From the NCBI GenBank assembly GCA_947303395.1, contig CAMYYD010000002.1, positions 16,142 through 80,141 of the forward strand: a stretch of DNA of 64,000 bases, in the 5' to 3' direction. This document shows positions 26,991 through 37,004 of the stretch, piece by piece. A program made the position numbers and the translations under genes. Source of the DNA: an uncultured Bacteroidales bacterium (lineage in GTDB: Bacteria > Bacteroidota > Bacteroidia > Bacteroidales > F082). A model generated the notes under the pieces. That model saw only the letters and a list, made by a program, of their open reading frames with translations. It searched no databases and had not been told where the DNA came from. Numbering within the stretch: the first letter of the stretch is position 1; every line of letters starts with the position of its first letter.

Positions 26991-27860
26991 TTAGTCATCA
27001 TTCAACACACGCAGCAAACTTTTTTTCGAACGTGTCTTTAATTTCTTCAAGGCTTTGTCCTTAACTTGGCGCACTCTTTCGCGCGTCATGTCCATCTTAT
27101 AGCCGATTTCCTCAAGAGTATAAGCATGATTGTTCGAGTCGAGCCCGAAATAATATTCAATCACCTTTCGTTCTTTGTCGTTAAGCACTAATAATGAACG
27201 TTTTATCTCTTCCGATTCGGTCTCCGAAACTATATCATGATCAGCATTGTAATTATCTTCAGGCACCACAGTGTCGATAAACGACAAATCGTCATCATCG
27301 CCAACCGGAGCGTCCATCGAAACCTCTTTCGCGTTGATTTTCATTATAGCTTCGATTTTTTCCTCAGGCATATCAAGCTCATCGGCGATTTCCTTAATCG
27401 TCGGTTTGCGCTGATAAAGCTGCTCAAGATACGATGCGGTCTTCTTCACACGACTCAAAAATCCCACCTGATTCAGCGGCAAACGCACCATTCGCGACTG
27501 CTCGGCAACAGCCTGCAAAATCGCCTGACGAATCCACCAAACGGCATACGAGATGAATTTGAAGCCTTTCGTCTCATCGAAACGTTGAGCAGCCTTAATA
27601 AGTCCGACATTGCCTTCGTTAATCAAGTCAGCAAGGCTAAGTCCTTGATTTTGATATTGTTTTGCAACCGAAACCACAAATCTCAAGTTGGCTCTCACCA
27701 ATCTGTCAAGCGCTATTTGGTCGCCCATTTTTATCTTTTGAGCAAGTTCGACCTCCTCTTCGGGAGTTATCATAGGCTCCTTGGCGATATCGGCAAGATA
27801 CTTGTCAAGCGCCCCCTGCTCACGGTTTGTAATTGATCTGGAAATCTTTAATTGTCTCAT
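26991..27860 (-). CDS. rpoD: Primary RNA polymerase sigma factor (sigma-70 family, Bacteroidota sigma-A type)
   Basis: 289 aa with region 2 (LRFVVSVAKQYQNQGLSLADLINEGNVGLIKAAQRFD...FISYAVWWIRQAI) and region 4 (TLEEIGYKMDMTRERVRQVKDKALKKL). Confidence 0.93.
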   Translation of the reverse strand: MRQLKISRSITNREQGALDKYLADIAKEPMITPEEEVELAQKIKMGDQIALDRLVRANLRFVVSVAKQYQNQGLSLADLINEGNVGLIKAAQRFDETKGFKFISYAVWWIRQAILQAVAEQSRMVRLPLNQVGFLSRVKKTASYLEQLYQRKPTIKEIADELDMPEEKIEAIMKINAKEVSMDAPVGDDDDLSFIDTVVPEDNYNADHDIVSETESEEIKRSLLVLNDKERKVIEYYFGLDSNNHAYTLEEIGYKMDMTRERVRQVKDKALKKLKTRSKKSLLRVLNDD

Positions 27861-27883
27861 ATCTTATTGTTTTTCACGACAAA

Positions 27884-28927
27884 TTATCTCGGATAATCTG
27901 TCAAAGTTACCTTAATAGTTTTCTCTTTTCCGTCACGTTTAATCTTCACGTCAACCTTGTCACCCGGACGATATTGTCCCACTGCGCCCATCAGCTGTGC
28001 TCTTGTATCAACAGTTAATCCATTGACGCTCAATATAATATCATCTTTCATAATGCCTGCTTTCTGTGCAGCGCCGCCTTCAAAAACATCTGCCACAAAG
28101 ACTCCCGAAAGCAAATCAAGACCTTTGTACTTCGCAAATTCGTCAGTGATTTCAATCATCGAGATGCCAAGATAAGCACGCTGCAACGAGCCGTAAATCA
28201 AGAAATCTTCGACAACTTTCTTAGCGATATTTGAAGGAATTGCAAACGAATAGCCTTCGTAACCGCCTGTACGTGAAGCGATTGCAGCATTGATGCCAAT
28301 CAGTTCGCCGTTTGTGTCGACTAAAGCGCCGCCACTGTTTCCCGGATTGACAGCAGCGTCAGTCTGGATAAACGACTCAATGGTACCTTCACCTAAAATA
28401 TTGATATTCCTTGCTTTAGCGCTCACAATACCGGCTGTCACAGTAGAAGTCAGATTGAATGGATTGCCGACTGCGAGCACCCACTCACCCACTCTAACTT
28501 TGTCGGAATCACCGAACGACAGGAACTCCAGATCTTTAGCATCGACTTTAATCAATGCGATATCGGTGGTCGGATCAGTGCCGATTATCTGCGCCTCCCT
28601 CTTATGTTTGTCGTTGAAAGTCACCTCGATTTTACGGGCGTTTTCAACCACGTGATTATTCGTAACAATATATCCGTCAGGCGAAATCACGACACCCGAA
28701 CCGAAGCCAACTGACACATTGTCAGGGATTTGAATCCTTCCGCCATAAAGCTGTTCAAGTATATAACCGTAAAAATCATAATAACTATTTCCACGTGTCA
28801 CAATCTCCGTCCGGATGTGCACCACCGTATTCACCGTTTTTTCGGCAACATCAGCAAAACCAGCATTTTGCGCTCTACCAGTAAGAGCGACAAACAAAAC
28901 TCCAATTAAAAAAAATGTCTTTTTCAT
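27884..28927 (-). CDS. S1C (HtrA/DegP-like) serine protease with one PDZ domain
   Basis: 347 aa from MKKTFFLIGVLFVALTGRAQ. Catalytic His context TNNHVV, Asp context DIALIKV and Ser context GNSGGAL, followed by a C-terminal PDZ. The longer ORF-track start at 29047 is rejected. Confidence 0.88.
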   Translation of the reverse strand: MKKTFFLIGVLFVALTGRAQNAGFADVAEKTVNTVVHIRTEIVTRGNSYYDFYGYILEQLYGGRIQIPDNVSVGFGSGVVISPDGYIVTNNHVVENARKIEVTFNDKHKREAQIIGTDPTTDIALIKVDAKDLEFLSFGDSDKVRVGEWVLAVGNPFNLTSTVTAGIVSAKARNINILGEGTIESFIQTDAAVNPGNSGGALVDTNGELIGINAAIASRTGGYEGYSFAIPSNIAKKVVEDFLIYGSLQRAYLGISMIEITDEFAKYKGLDLLSGVFVADVFEGGAAQKAGIMKDDIILSVNGLTVDTRAQLMGAVGQYRPGDKVDVKIKRDGKEKTIKVTLTDYPR

Positions 28928-29073
28928 AATACAAAAATGATTAAGTTTCTTATTGCTATAACGCAAAAAAATAAATATTCTTATTCTCTTTTGAAAAATT
29001 ATTGATTTTTTTATTATTTTTACATCAAATTTCTTGCCAAACTTCATGATTTGGCAAATTATTTTTTAAAATC

Positions 29074-29880
29074 ATGCAAAACATTGATAATCATAGTTTT
29101 AGATTTAGCAAATATCATGGTGCCGGAAACGATTTTGTCATGATAAATGCCATCAAAACGCCTGTCAGTCTCACCGACGATGAAGTTAAGGCTGTTTGCG
29201 ACCGCCGCACTGGCGTCGGAGCCGATGGCTTGATCATGGTATTACCGTCTGAAAATTACAATTTCAGGATGAAGTATTACAATTGTGACGGTCACGAAAG
29301 CACTTTCTGCGGAAACGGCGGCAGATGTATCGCCGCATTCGCTGTTGAAGAAGGACTTGCACCGCAACACATTGAATATAAAGCAATTGACGGCATACAC
29401 AAAGCATTGGTAACCAAAGATTCTGACAATGAATTCACTGTTTCAATCACCATGCGCGACATCGAAAACTATAATTTGAACGAGGAACGACTACTCATCA
29501 ACACCGGCTCGCCGCATTATGTTACAAGAGTCAATAATCTTAAAGATTTCGACGTGAGAAAACACGGCGCCGAAATCAGAAACGATAAAAACATCTCAAA
29601 AGACGGCGTGAATGTCGATTTCATGGAAATAATTGATAATCAATATCATATCAGGACATTTGAGCGTGGCGTTGAAGATGAGACCTTGGCTTGTGGAACC
29701 GGAGTAACTGCTTCTGCGATAGCGGCCGCATTATGGTACGGAGGCGACAACATCAACATCCGAACCACCTTGGCGACACTCAATGTGAGGTTCGAAAAAT
29801 CAGGAAATTCAATCAGAAACATAGTTTTATCCGGTCCGGCGACACATGTTTTCGACGGAAATTATATCTTTGCAAAATGA
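29074..29880 (+). CDS. dapF: Diaminopimelate epimerase
   Basis: 268 aa with FSKYHGAGNDFVMI and both catalytic Cys contexts (FCGNGGRC, ACGTGVTA). Confidence 0.93.
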   Translation: MQNIDNHSFRFSKYHGAGNDFVMINAIKTPVSLTDDEVKAVCDRRTGVGADGLIMVLPSENYNFRMKYYNCDGHESTFCGNGGRCIAAFAVEEGLAPQHIEYKAIDGIHKALVTKDSDNEFTVSITMRDIENYNLNEERLLINTGSPHYVTRVNNLKDFDVRKHGAEIRNDKNISKDGVNVDFMEIIDNQYHIRTFERGVEDETLACGTGVTASAIAAALWYGGDNINIRTTLATLNVRFEKSGNSIRNIVLSGPATHVFDGNYIFAK

Positions 29881-30401
29881 TGTTCATAAAAAACGATAAA
29901 GTCTCTTTGCGCATGGCTGAACCCAACGATGCCGAAAACATCTACCGTTGGGAAAACGACATGCAGGTATGGCGCGACAGCGAGACACGCGTTCCCTTCT
30001 CGATGCGCCAAATCGAGCAGTTTCTATTGAACAACAACGACTTAGTCAGCGAGCAACAACTTCGCCTGATTGTTGAAGACGCAACAAACGGCGCTCAAGT
30101 CGGCTGCATCGACCTCTACGATTACGACGAATTCAACTCCCGAGCAGGCATCGGCATCCTGATTGATGAAAAATATCGCGGACAAGGTTATGCCAAAAAT
30201 GCAATAAAACTATTATTGGAATATTGTTTTAACACATTGTTACTCAATCAGATATACATCTTAGTATTAGCGACAAACGTTGAGAGCATGTTACTGTTCG
30301 AGTCGCTGGGATTCGAGAGATGCGGCGTTAGAAAACAATGGTACAAAACAGCCGACGGCTTCATCGATCAGGTTGAATATCAATTTATTAACAAGAAATG
30401 A
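29877..30401 (+). CDS. GNAT family N-acetyltransferase
   Basis: 174 aa from MMFIKNDKVSLRMAEPNDAENIYRWEND, with the acetyl-CoA-binding segment YRGQGYAKNAI. Its ATG overlaps the dapF stop (ATGA). Confidence 0.82.
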   Translation: MMFIKNDKVSLRMAEPNDAENIYRWENDMQVWRDSETRVPFSMRQIEQFLLNNNDLVSEQQLRLIVEDATNGAQVGCIDLYDYDEFNSRAGIGILIDEKYRGQGYAKNAIKLLLEYCFNTLLLNQIYILVLATNVESMLLFESLGFERCGVRKQWYKTADGFIDQVEYQFINKK

Positions 30402-31453
30402 GCAGCTACAGAACGTCATATAAAGACCGCAGAAAACAAGATAGAATCAGAAGGCGAAATCTGCTGCTGATTTTCCTTGTGGTGATTGGAATTGTGGTCG
30501 CTTTTTTCGCACGAAACTATCTTTACATCTCCAAACCTATAGTAAAAACTGCCGATGGCAAAGACATATCGCTTTACATCCCTACCAACTCCGATTATAA
30601 ATATGTCAGAAACGAGATTTATTCGTTGAACGTTTTAAAAAGCAAGAAAGCTTTCGATTGGCTGGCGAAAAAGTCGCATTACGACGAAAAAGTGCATGCC
30701 GGACGATATATCCTAACCGACGGAATGACTAACCAACAGTTAGTCAACATGTTACGCATGGGATACCAGGCTCCTGTCAAAGTCGTTTTTAACAATATGC
30801 GCACCGTCGAGCAGCTTGCGGGACGCATCAGCGAACAAATCGAAGCCGATTCGACATCAATTATAGAGGAGATTCTCAACAACGAAGAAGTTGACGCAAC
30901 TACTTTTATTCCAAACACTTACGAGTTTTATTGGAACACTGACGCGGAAGATTTCGTCGCGAAAATGATTGTTGAACACGACCGTTTCTGGAACGAGACA
31001 AGATTAAACAAGGCAAAAAGTTTAAAACTCACTCCACGACAAGTAAGCATTTTGGCATCGATTGTCGACAAAGAGACGAGAAAAGTCTCGGAAATGCCAA
31101 GAATTGCAGGCGTTTACATCAACCGATTAAACAAACGCTGGCCGTTGCAAGCCGACCCAACACTCGTTTTTGCTATCGGCGACTACAATATACGCCGCGT
31201 TCTCGACGTTCATAAGAAAATCGATTCACCTTATAATACTTACAAATACCCAGGACTGCCACCGGGACCAATTTGCATACCTTCGATAGCGGCTATCGAC
31301 GCCGTTCTGGACGCGGAAAAACACAATTATTTCTACTTCTGCGCAAAGGACGACCTCTCGGGATACCATGTATTTGCAAGCAATATCAACGAACATAACC
31401 GCAACGCAGAGAGATATAGAAAGGCATTAAACAAAAACAAAATATACAAATGA
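30398..31453 (+). CDS. mltG: Endolytic murein transglycosylase MltG (YceG-like)
   Basis: 351 aa with an N-terminal TM and a YceG domain (ILASIVDKETRK...LQADPTLVFA...YNTYKYPGLPPGPICIPS). Confidence 0.9.
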   Translation: MSSYRTSYKDRRKQDRIRRRNLLLIFLVVIGIVVAFFARNYLYISKPIVKTADGKDISLYIPTNSDYKYVRNEIYSLNVLKSKKAFDWLAKKSHYDEKVHAGRYILTDGMTNQQLVNMLRMGYQAPVKVVFNNMRTVEQLAGRISEQIEADSTSIIEEILNNEEVDATTFIPNTYEFYWNTDAEDFVAKMIVEHDRFWNETRLNKAKSLKLTPRQVSILASIVDKETRKVSEMPRIAGVYINRLNKRWPLQADPTLVFAIGDYNIRRVLDVHKKIDSPYNTYKYPGLPPGPICIPSIAAIDAVLDAEKHNYFYFCAKDDLSGYHVFASNINEHNRNAERYRKALNKNKIYK

Positions 31454-32799
31454 AAGCATTCAAAGCATACGACATCAGAGGCGTTTGGGGCACTGACCTC
31501 AACGAAGAAATCGCATACAGAATCGGCTATTTCCTACCGGAAGTATTACCGGCAAAGACATATTTGGTCGGACGCGACATGCGTCTTTCATCAGACACAG
31601 TATTTGTAAATCTCGCTAACGGATTGAAAGACAGAGGCGTAAACGTTGAAAGCGTCGGATTATCAACCACCCCTATGATTTATTGGGCAACAGCAAAATA
31701 CGGCTACGAAGCATCAGTGATGATTACCGCTTCGCATAACCCGTCAAATCATAACGGCATGAAAATCAGCGGCAAAAACGCTATTCCTGTAGGTTACGAC
31801 ACCGGATTGAACAAACTCGAGAAACTTGTAGAATCAGACATCAAGCCTGTAGCTGTCGACAAACCAGGAACTATCAGCGAAATCAATTTGTATTCGGAAT
31901 ACATTGAGTTTCAACAGCAATTCATAGGAAACATTGACAATTTGAAGGTCGCTATCGACTGCAGCAACGGCGCTTCGAACATCTTCATAAAGCGACTGCT
32001 CGGCGATACACCTTATTATATTAATGATACCTTGGACGGTCGTTTCCCAGGACATGAGCCGAATCCGCTCGAAGCAGAGAATCAGGAGCAGATCAAAGAA
32101 CTGGTTAAGGAAAACAAATGCGACATCGGTCTCCTCTTCGATGGCGACGCCGACCGTATCACCTTCATCGATGAAAAAGGACAGTTTATCTCACCTGATT
32201 TGATCATCGCGTTCCTCGGCAACTATTTCCTTGGTGAGAAAAAACAGAAAGGCATTGTGCTTCAAGACATTAGATCGTCACGAGCCATTCAGGAATATCT
32301 CGGAAAACTCTATAACGCAAAAGTCGAGACATGGCGTGTCGGTCGTGCCTACGCTGCATTGAAACTTCGCGAACTCGACGGCTGCTTCGGTGGCGAACTC
32401 GCCGGTCACTATTACTTCCGCGATTTCTACTATTCCGATTCAGGAATCATGGCAGCATTGCTAGTGCTTCGTCTGTTGGCAAAATTCAAGGCTGAAGGCA
32501 AGTCTATGTCAATGATTGTCAAAGAGATATCAGGGTATTACAACTCTGGCGAAATCAACTTCACCATCGAGAAGAAAAAAGAAGCCATGGATGCCGTTCG
32601 CGACAATTTCATGAATCTCGAAAAACCTGAGCGTTTCCTCAATTTCGACGGTTATCGCCTTGATTATCAAGACTGGTGGCTGAACATCCGTCCTTCGAAC
32701 ACCGAGCCTTATCTCAGATTCTTGTGCGAAGCGAAAAACGAGAATAAATTGAAAGACATCATTGAAACGGTAACTGGAATCGTTAAAAAATTTCAATGA
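31450..32799 (+). CDS. Phosphomannomutase/phosphoglucomutase (alpha-D-phosphohexomutase family)
   Basis: 449 aa with the active-site loop TASHNPSNHNGMK and the metal site FDGDADR. Confidence 0.9.
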   Translation: MKAFKAYDIRGVWGTDLNEEIAYRIGYFLPEVLPAKTYLVGRDMRLSSDTVFVNLANGLKDRGVNVESVGLSTTPMIYWATAKYGYEASVMITASHNPSNHNGMKISGKNAIPVGYDTGLNKLEKLVESDIKPVAVDKPGTISEINLYSEYIEFQQQFIGNIDNLKVAIDCSNGASNIFIKRLLGDTPYYINDTLDGRFPGHEPNPLEAENQEQIKELVKENKCDIGLLFDGDADRITFIDEKGQFISPDLIIAFLGNYFLGEKKQKGIVLQDIRSSRAIQEYLGKLYNAKVETWRVGRAYAALKLRELDGCFGGELAGHYYFRDFYYSDSGIMAALLVLRLLAKFKAEGKSMSMIVKEISGYYNSGEINFTIEKKKEAMDAVRDNFMNLEKPERFLNFDGYRLDYQDWWLNIRPSNTEPYLRFLCEAKNENKLKDIIETVTGIVKKFQ

Positions 32800-33704
32800 A
32801 AAAAATCATTTTAGCGATATTATTTATTCTCAGCGTGTTATCCGCATCAGCGCAAGACACTTTGCGTGATGATGCGAGAGTCAGGCGAAATGTAAAAATC
32901 GTGCTTGGCACGGAGGCGGCGCTGTATGCAGCTTCGATGACAGGTTTGTATTTCGCCTGGTATGCCGATTATCCGCAGTCGAGTTTTCATTTTTACAACG
33001 ACAACGCCGAATGGCTACAGATGGATAAAATCGGACACGGAGTGACGTCATACCTTGTCGGCACTGGTGGTTACGAGCTACTCAAGGCTGCCGGTCTCGA
33101 TGAGAAACGCTCAATATGGCTCGGCGGCACTCTCGGTCTCGCTTTCCTAACAACTGTTGAGGTTTTCGACGGTTTCTCACAGGGCTGGGGCTTTTCGTGG
33201 GGTGACATGGCGGCAAACACCTTAGGATCAGCGTTTTTCATCGGACAACAATTTTTATGGCATGAACAACGCATAACGCTGAAATATTCTTTTCACACGA
33301 CGGAATTCCCCAATTATCGTCCCGATTTGCTAGGGTCAAACTTCATCCAGCAGACCATCAAGGACTACAACGGTCAGACATATTGGGCTTCATGCAACTT
33401 TAAGTCATTGTTTCTCAACAAGGAAAACAAGTTTCCGGCTTGGCTCAACTTCGCCTTTGGCTACGGAGCTACAGGCATGACCGGCGGTTTCGACAACGCA
33501 TCGGAACATAACGGCAAGCCTATCCCCCATTACGACAGGGAAAGACAGTTTTATTTTTCGTTAGACGTTGATTTTACAAGGATTCCGACAAACAATAAAT
33601 TTTTAAAATACACGTTTAAAGTATTGAACATTTTCAAATTACCATTCCCGACAATCGAATACAACACTGGTGGTGAATGGGTTTGGCATTGGATTTATTT
33701 TTAA
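32796..33704 (+). CDS. DUF2279-like exported or outer-membrane protein
   Basis: 302 aa with signal peptide MKKIILAILFILSVLSASAQ. The segment WLQMDKIGHGVTSY resembles DUF2279 as I recall it; the family assignment is tentative. Confidence 0.5.
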   Translation: MKKIILAILFILSVLSASAQDTLRDDARVRRNVKIVLGTEAALYAASMTGLYFAWYADYPQSSFHFYNDNAEWLQMDKIGHGVTSYLVGTGGYELLKAAGLDEKRSIWLGGTLGLAFLTTVEVFDGFSQGWGFSWGDMAANTLGSAFFIGQQFLWHEQRITLKYSFHTTEFPNYRPDLLGSNFIQQTIKDYNGQTYWASCNFKSLFLNKENKFPAWLNFAFGYGATGMTGGFDNASEHNGKPIPHYDRERQFYFSLDVDFTRIPTNNKFLKYTFKVLNIFKLPFPTIEYNTGGEWVWHWIYF

Positions 33705-33714
33705 TCGATTGAAT

Positions 33715-34131
33715 ATGAAAAAGACATTGATTTTTGCAAGTTTTGCTTTAGCATTTTTGATGATCAGTTGCGGACCGAATCCTGAAAAATCGAGGATGTA
33801 TCTCGACAATGGCATTGATTATCTTTACACTTCGCAATATGACGAAGCCATTGAGTTTTTCGACAAGGCCATCAAATGCGATGACAGCAACTACGAAGCA
33901 TATTATTATCGCGGATGCGCCTACAGCAATAATTTCAAAAACGACAAAGCGTTCAAAGACTGGAACAAAGCAATAGAATTAAAATCAGACTACCCTGACC
34001 CGTATTTCAATATCGGATTGATTTACAGACGTCAAAACGATTACGCAATGGCCTGTTATTACTTCAAATTAGCAGAAAAATACGGCCGTCAGAATATGGA
34101 AGATTATTTGAAATTCTGCGAGTATTATTGA
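33715..34131 (+). CDS. TPR-repeat lipoprotein
   Basis: 138 aa with lipobox FLMISCG and three TPR-like units (YDEAIEFFDKAIKCD, AFKDWNKAIELKSD, YAMACYYFKLAEKYG). Confidence 0.7.
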   Translation: MKKTLIFASFALAFLMISCGPNPEKSRMYLDNGIDYLYTSQYDEAIEFFDKAIKCDDSNYEAYYYRGCAYSNNFKNDKAFKDWNKAIELKSDYPDPYFNIGLIYRRQNDYAMACYYFKLAEKYGRQNMEDYLKFCEYY

Positions 34132-34652
34132 TCTGAAAGACCATATTTATCTACAGAAATCAGATTCCCTTCAGGATCGTAGGTTTTCCATTCTCCGAAT
34201 TTGACGCCATTTTTATATTCGCCTTCAAATTGCGGAACTCCTGAATCATAATATGAGCAACTATAACCTTCGAGAACACCGTTTTCATAAGTCTCGACAA
34301 GGATTAGTTTTTCCGAATTTTCGTCAAAATAACGCCATTCACCGGTGCGTATTTTATTGTGATACAATCCTTTAGCTATCACTCTACCTTGAGATGAATA
34401 AACAGTAGTCTCAGCATCAGCACCATTGTTTGAGAATACTTTTTTGGCTTTCAAATCGCCATATTCATCATAAAAATAGAAATCTCCGACAGGAAATCCG
34501 TCTTTGAAACTGCCTCTCATTCTCACTTTCCCATTATCATGATATTCAATCCATTCACCCTGTCGACGACCCTTATTATCACTCTTATTCTGGGCAAAAA
34601 TATCTCCAAAAGTGAAAACCAATAAAGCTATTAACAAACAAATGCGTTTCAT
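34125..34652 (-). CDS. MORN-variant repeat protein (YwqK-like), secreted
   Basis: 175 aa with a signal peptide and repeated G-W-x-Y-x-x-G motifs (GEWIEYHDNGKV, GEWRYFDENSEKL, GEWKTYDPEGNL). Confidence 0.7.
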   Translation of the reverse strand: MKRICLLIALLVFTFGDIFAQNKSDNKGRRQGEWIEYHDNGKVRMRGSFKDGFPVGDFYFYDEYGDLKAKKVFSNNGADAETTVYSSQGRVIAKGLYHNKIRTGEWRYFDENSEKLILVETYENGVLEGYSCSYYDSGVPQFEGEYKNGVKFGEWKTYDPEGNLISVDKYGLSDQ

Positions 34653-34667
34653 TACTCAATTTTTTTG

Positions 34668-34697
34668 CAAAAATAACAATAAAATAACGTATTTTTG
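34668..34697. promoter_or_regulatory. Divergent -7 boxes: complement of 34668-34675 (TATTTTTG, MORN gene) and 34690-34697 (TATTTTTG, recR)
   Basis: TAnnTTTG matches on both strands of the 60-nt spacer. Confidence 0.45.
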
Positions 34698-34712
34698 CAA
34701 AAATTGTTTTGT

Positions 34713-35321
34713 ATGGCTGAATATTCTTCGGTTTTGTTGGAAAAAGCGGTCGATGAGCTCGCGAAATTGCCTGGAATCGGGCGAAAAACGGCATTAAGGT
34801 TGGCGTTGCACCTCTTGGGAGAGGAAAAAATGGTTACCGACTCGCTTTCACAATCGCTGCTCAACATGCGTAACAACATCGTTTTGTGCAAACGTTGCTA
34901 CAATATCAGTGACGAAGAGCAATGCTCAATTTGTTCTAACCCGAAGAGAAACAACGAGTTACTTTGCGTTGTAGCCGACATGCGCGACGTGATGGCCATT
35001 GAAAGAACCGGCTCGTTCAACGGCATTTACCATGTTTTAGGCGGCGTCATCGACCCGATAAACGGAATATCTCCTAACGACTTAAGAATCAAGGAGTTGG
35101 TCGACAGAAGCATCAACGAAGATATTAAAGAAATCATATTAGCGTTGCCAGCCACTATTGAAGGCGACACCACTAACTATTACATTTTTAAGATGTTAAA
35201 ACATTTTGAAGGACAGATAACCACCATCGCGAAAGGTATCTCTGTCGGCGACGCTTTGGAGTTTGCCGACGAGGTGACGCTCGGTCGCTCAATCAAGAAC
35301 AGAATACCGTTTAATCGTTAA
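34713..35321 (+). CDS. recR: Recombination protein RecR
   Basis: 202 aa from [35 protein letters not shown] (HhH), with a C4 zinc finger ([16 protein letters not shown]) and a Toprim domain. Confidence 0.93.
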   Translation: MAEYSSVLLEKAVDELAKLPGIGRKTALRLALHLLGEEKMVTDSLSQSLLNMRNNIVLCKRCYNISDEEQCSICSNPKRNNELLCVVADMRDVMAIERTGSFNGIYHVLGGVIDPINGISPNDLRIKELVDRSINEDIKEIILALPATIEGDTTNYYIFKMLKHFEGQITTIAKGISVGDALEFADEVTLGRSIKNRIPFNR

Positions 35322-35538
35322 TCTCATCAAACAGATTCAATTGATTTTCACAGAGATACAATTCCTCCGGCACACCATATTCATAGTGTGAGATGAATCG
35401 CTCTATGTTTTTCTTAATCAACTTGATAGGCGTGGTTCTACGCGCCTTGCAGTAATTTTTGAGCGACCGATACTGACCTTGCGACAACTTAAATGTTATC
35501 GCATGATATTTATAACTACGATGGTGATGTTTTTTCAT
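35311..35538 (-). CDS. Small basic protein with a possible ribbon-helix-helix fold
   Basis: 75 aa, 2 nt downstream of glmM. The segment [37 protein letters not shown] has a beta-strand-helix-helix pattern. Its 3' end overlaps recR by 11 nt. Confidence 0.4.
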   Translation of the reverse strand: MKKHHHRSYKYHAITFKLSQGQYRSLKNYCKARRTTPIKLIKKNIERFISHYEYGVPEELYLCENQLNLFDEIND

Positions 35539-35540
35539 AT

Positions 35541-36923
35541 TTACATCATTTTCTTTGCTTCATCAAGCATCATCTGTGCCAATTTATCAGCTTCAGCTTC
35601 TGATTTGCCTTCTGAATAGACACGGATGATAGGCTCCGTATTCGATTTGCGGAGATGTACCCATCCGTCAGCGAAGTCGATCTTCACACCGTCGATGGTT
35701 GTCACCTGCTCATTCTTGAACTTGTCGGCAAGTTTCGCCAATATGCCGTCGACATCTGTTTGAGGCGTGAGCTGAATCTTGTTTTTCGACATATAATACA
35801 GAGGGAATTTCTTCTTAAGTTCCGACACAGTGCAATGATTCTCAACGAGATATGTCAGGAACAGACCAACACCGACGAGAGCATCGCGACCATAGTGAAT
35901 CTCAGGATAGATGACACCACCGTTGCCTTCACCACCGATGACGGCACCGACTTCCTTCATCTTTGCCACCACGTTGACCTCGCCCACTGCAGCTGCTGAA
36001 TATTTTCCGCCGGCAGCGTTTGTCACATCGCGCAAAGCACGTGTAGACGAGAGATTCGAAACCGTATTGCCTTTTTTGTGTTCCAAAATATACGAAGCGA
36101 CGGTCACGAGAGTGTATTCCTCGCCGTACATCTCACCTTTTTCATTGATAAATGCGAGACGGTCGACATCAGGGTCAACAACGATACCGAGATCAGCACC
36201 ACATTCCTTAACTTTTGCGCAGGTATCGACAAGATTCACTGCCAATGGCTCAGGGTTGTGAGCGAATTTTCCAGTCACTTCGCAGTTCAGTTCGATGACG
36301 TTTTTCACACCTATCTTCTTGAGCAACATCGGGATAGCCATGCCGCCAGTTGAGTTCACGCCATCGACAACGACTTTTAGATTAGCTTTTTCGATGAGTT
36401 CTTTTTTAACCAATGGCAACTTGCAAACCATGTCAGCGTGGCGTTCAATCCAGCCTTCAGCAAGTGTGTAAGTTCCAATTTCATCAATTGGAGAGAACTC
36501 ATATTCGTCTTTTGCAGCCTTCTCGAGCAGCCATTTTCCGTCGGCAGCATCGATGAATTCACCTTTATTATCAAGAAGTTTGAGAGCATTCCATTCTTTC
36601 GGGTTGTGCGATGCTGTCAAGATAACTCCGCCGTCAGCTTTCAACTCGGTTACAGCAATTTCAGTTGTAGGAGTTGTGCTCAATCCGATATCGATAACAT
36701 CGGCACCCATTGCCTGTAAGTTACCGCAGACCAATTGGTTAACCATCGTTCCTGAAAGTCGGCCATCGCGACCAACCACGATACGCGGGCGCTGAACGCC
36801 ACCACGTCTGATCAAACAAATAAATGCTGAAGTCAGCTTGACAATATCTATCGGGGTCAACCCGTCGTCCGGTCTGCCACCAATAGTGCCGCGGAATCCG
36901 GAAATTGATTTAATTAATGGCAT
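35541..36923 (-). CDS. glmM: Phosphoglucosamine mutase
   Basis: 460 aa with active-site TASHNPKEWNALK and metal site VDPDVDR, in the phosphohexomutase four-domain layout. Confidence 0.9.
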   Translation of the reverse strand: MPLIKSISGFRGTIGGRPDDGLTPIDIVKLTSAFICLIRRGGVQRPRIVVGRDGRLSGTMVNQLVCGNLQAMGADVIDIGLSTTPTTEIAVTELKADGGVILTASHNPKEWNALKLLDNKGEFIDAADGKWLLEKAAKDEYEFSPIDEIGTYTLAEGWIERHADMVCKLPLVKKELIEKANLKVVVDGVNSTGGMAIPMLLKKIGVKNVIELNCEVTGKFAHNPEPLAVNLVDTCAKVKECGADLGIVVDPDVDRLAFINEKGEMYGEEYTLVTVASYILEHKKGNTVSNLSSTRALRDVTNAAGGKYSAAAVGEVNVVAKMKEVGAVIGGEGNGGVIYPEIHYGRDALVGVGLFLTYLVENHCTVSELKKKFPLYYMSKNKIQLTPQTDVDGILAKLADKFKNEQVTTIDGVKIDFADGWVHLRKSNTEPIIRVYSEGKSEAEADKLAQMMLDEAKKMM

Positions 36924-36940
36924 ATACTTAAAATTTTTCG

Positions 36941-36988
36941 CAAAGATACAACAAAAACCATATTTTTCAAATAAATTTCGTAATTTTG
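36941..36988. promoter_or_regulatory. Divergent -7 boxes: complement of 36941-36948 (TATCTTTG, glmM) and 36981-36988 (TAATTTTG, TPR gene)
   Basis: TAnnTTTG matches 18 nt and 17 nt from the respective ATGs. Confidence 0.5.
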
Positions 36989-37004
36989 CAAAAAATAATT
37001 AAGC

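Noticed and set aside
34125-34652. YwqK/MORN-type 'antitoxin' as part of a toxin-antitoxin or polymorphic-toxin module.
   Set aside because: The protein has a signal peptide, and no toxin-like gene is adjacent (its neighbours are a TPR lipoprotein and recR). The MORN-variant repeats are common stand-alone exported proteins in Bacteroidota.
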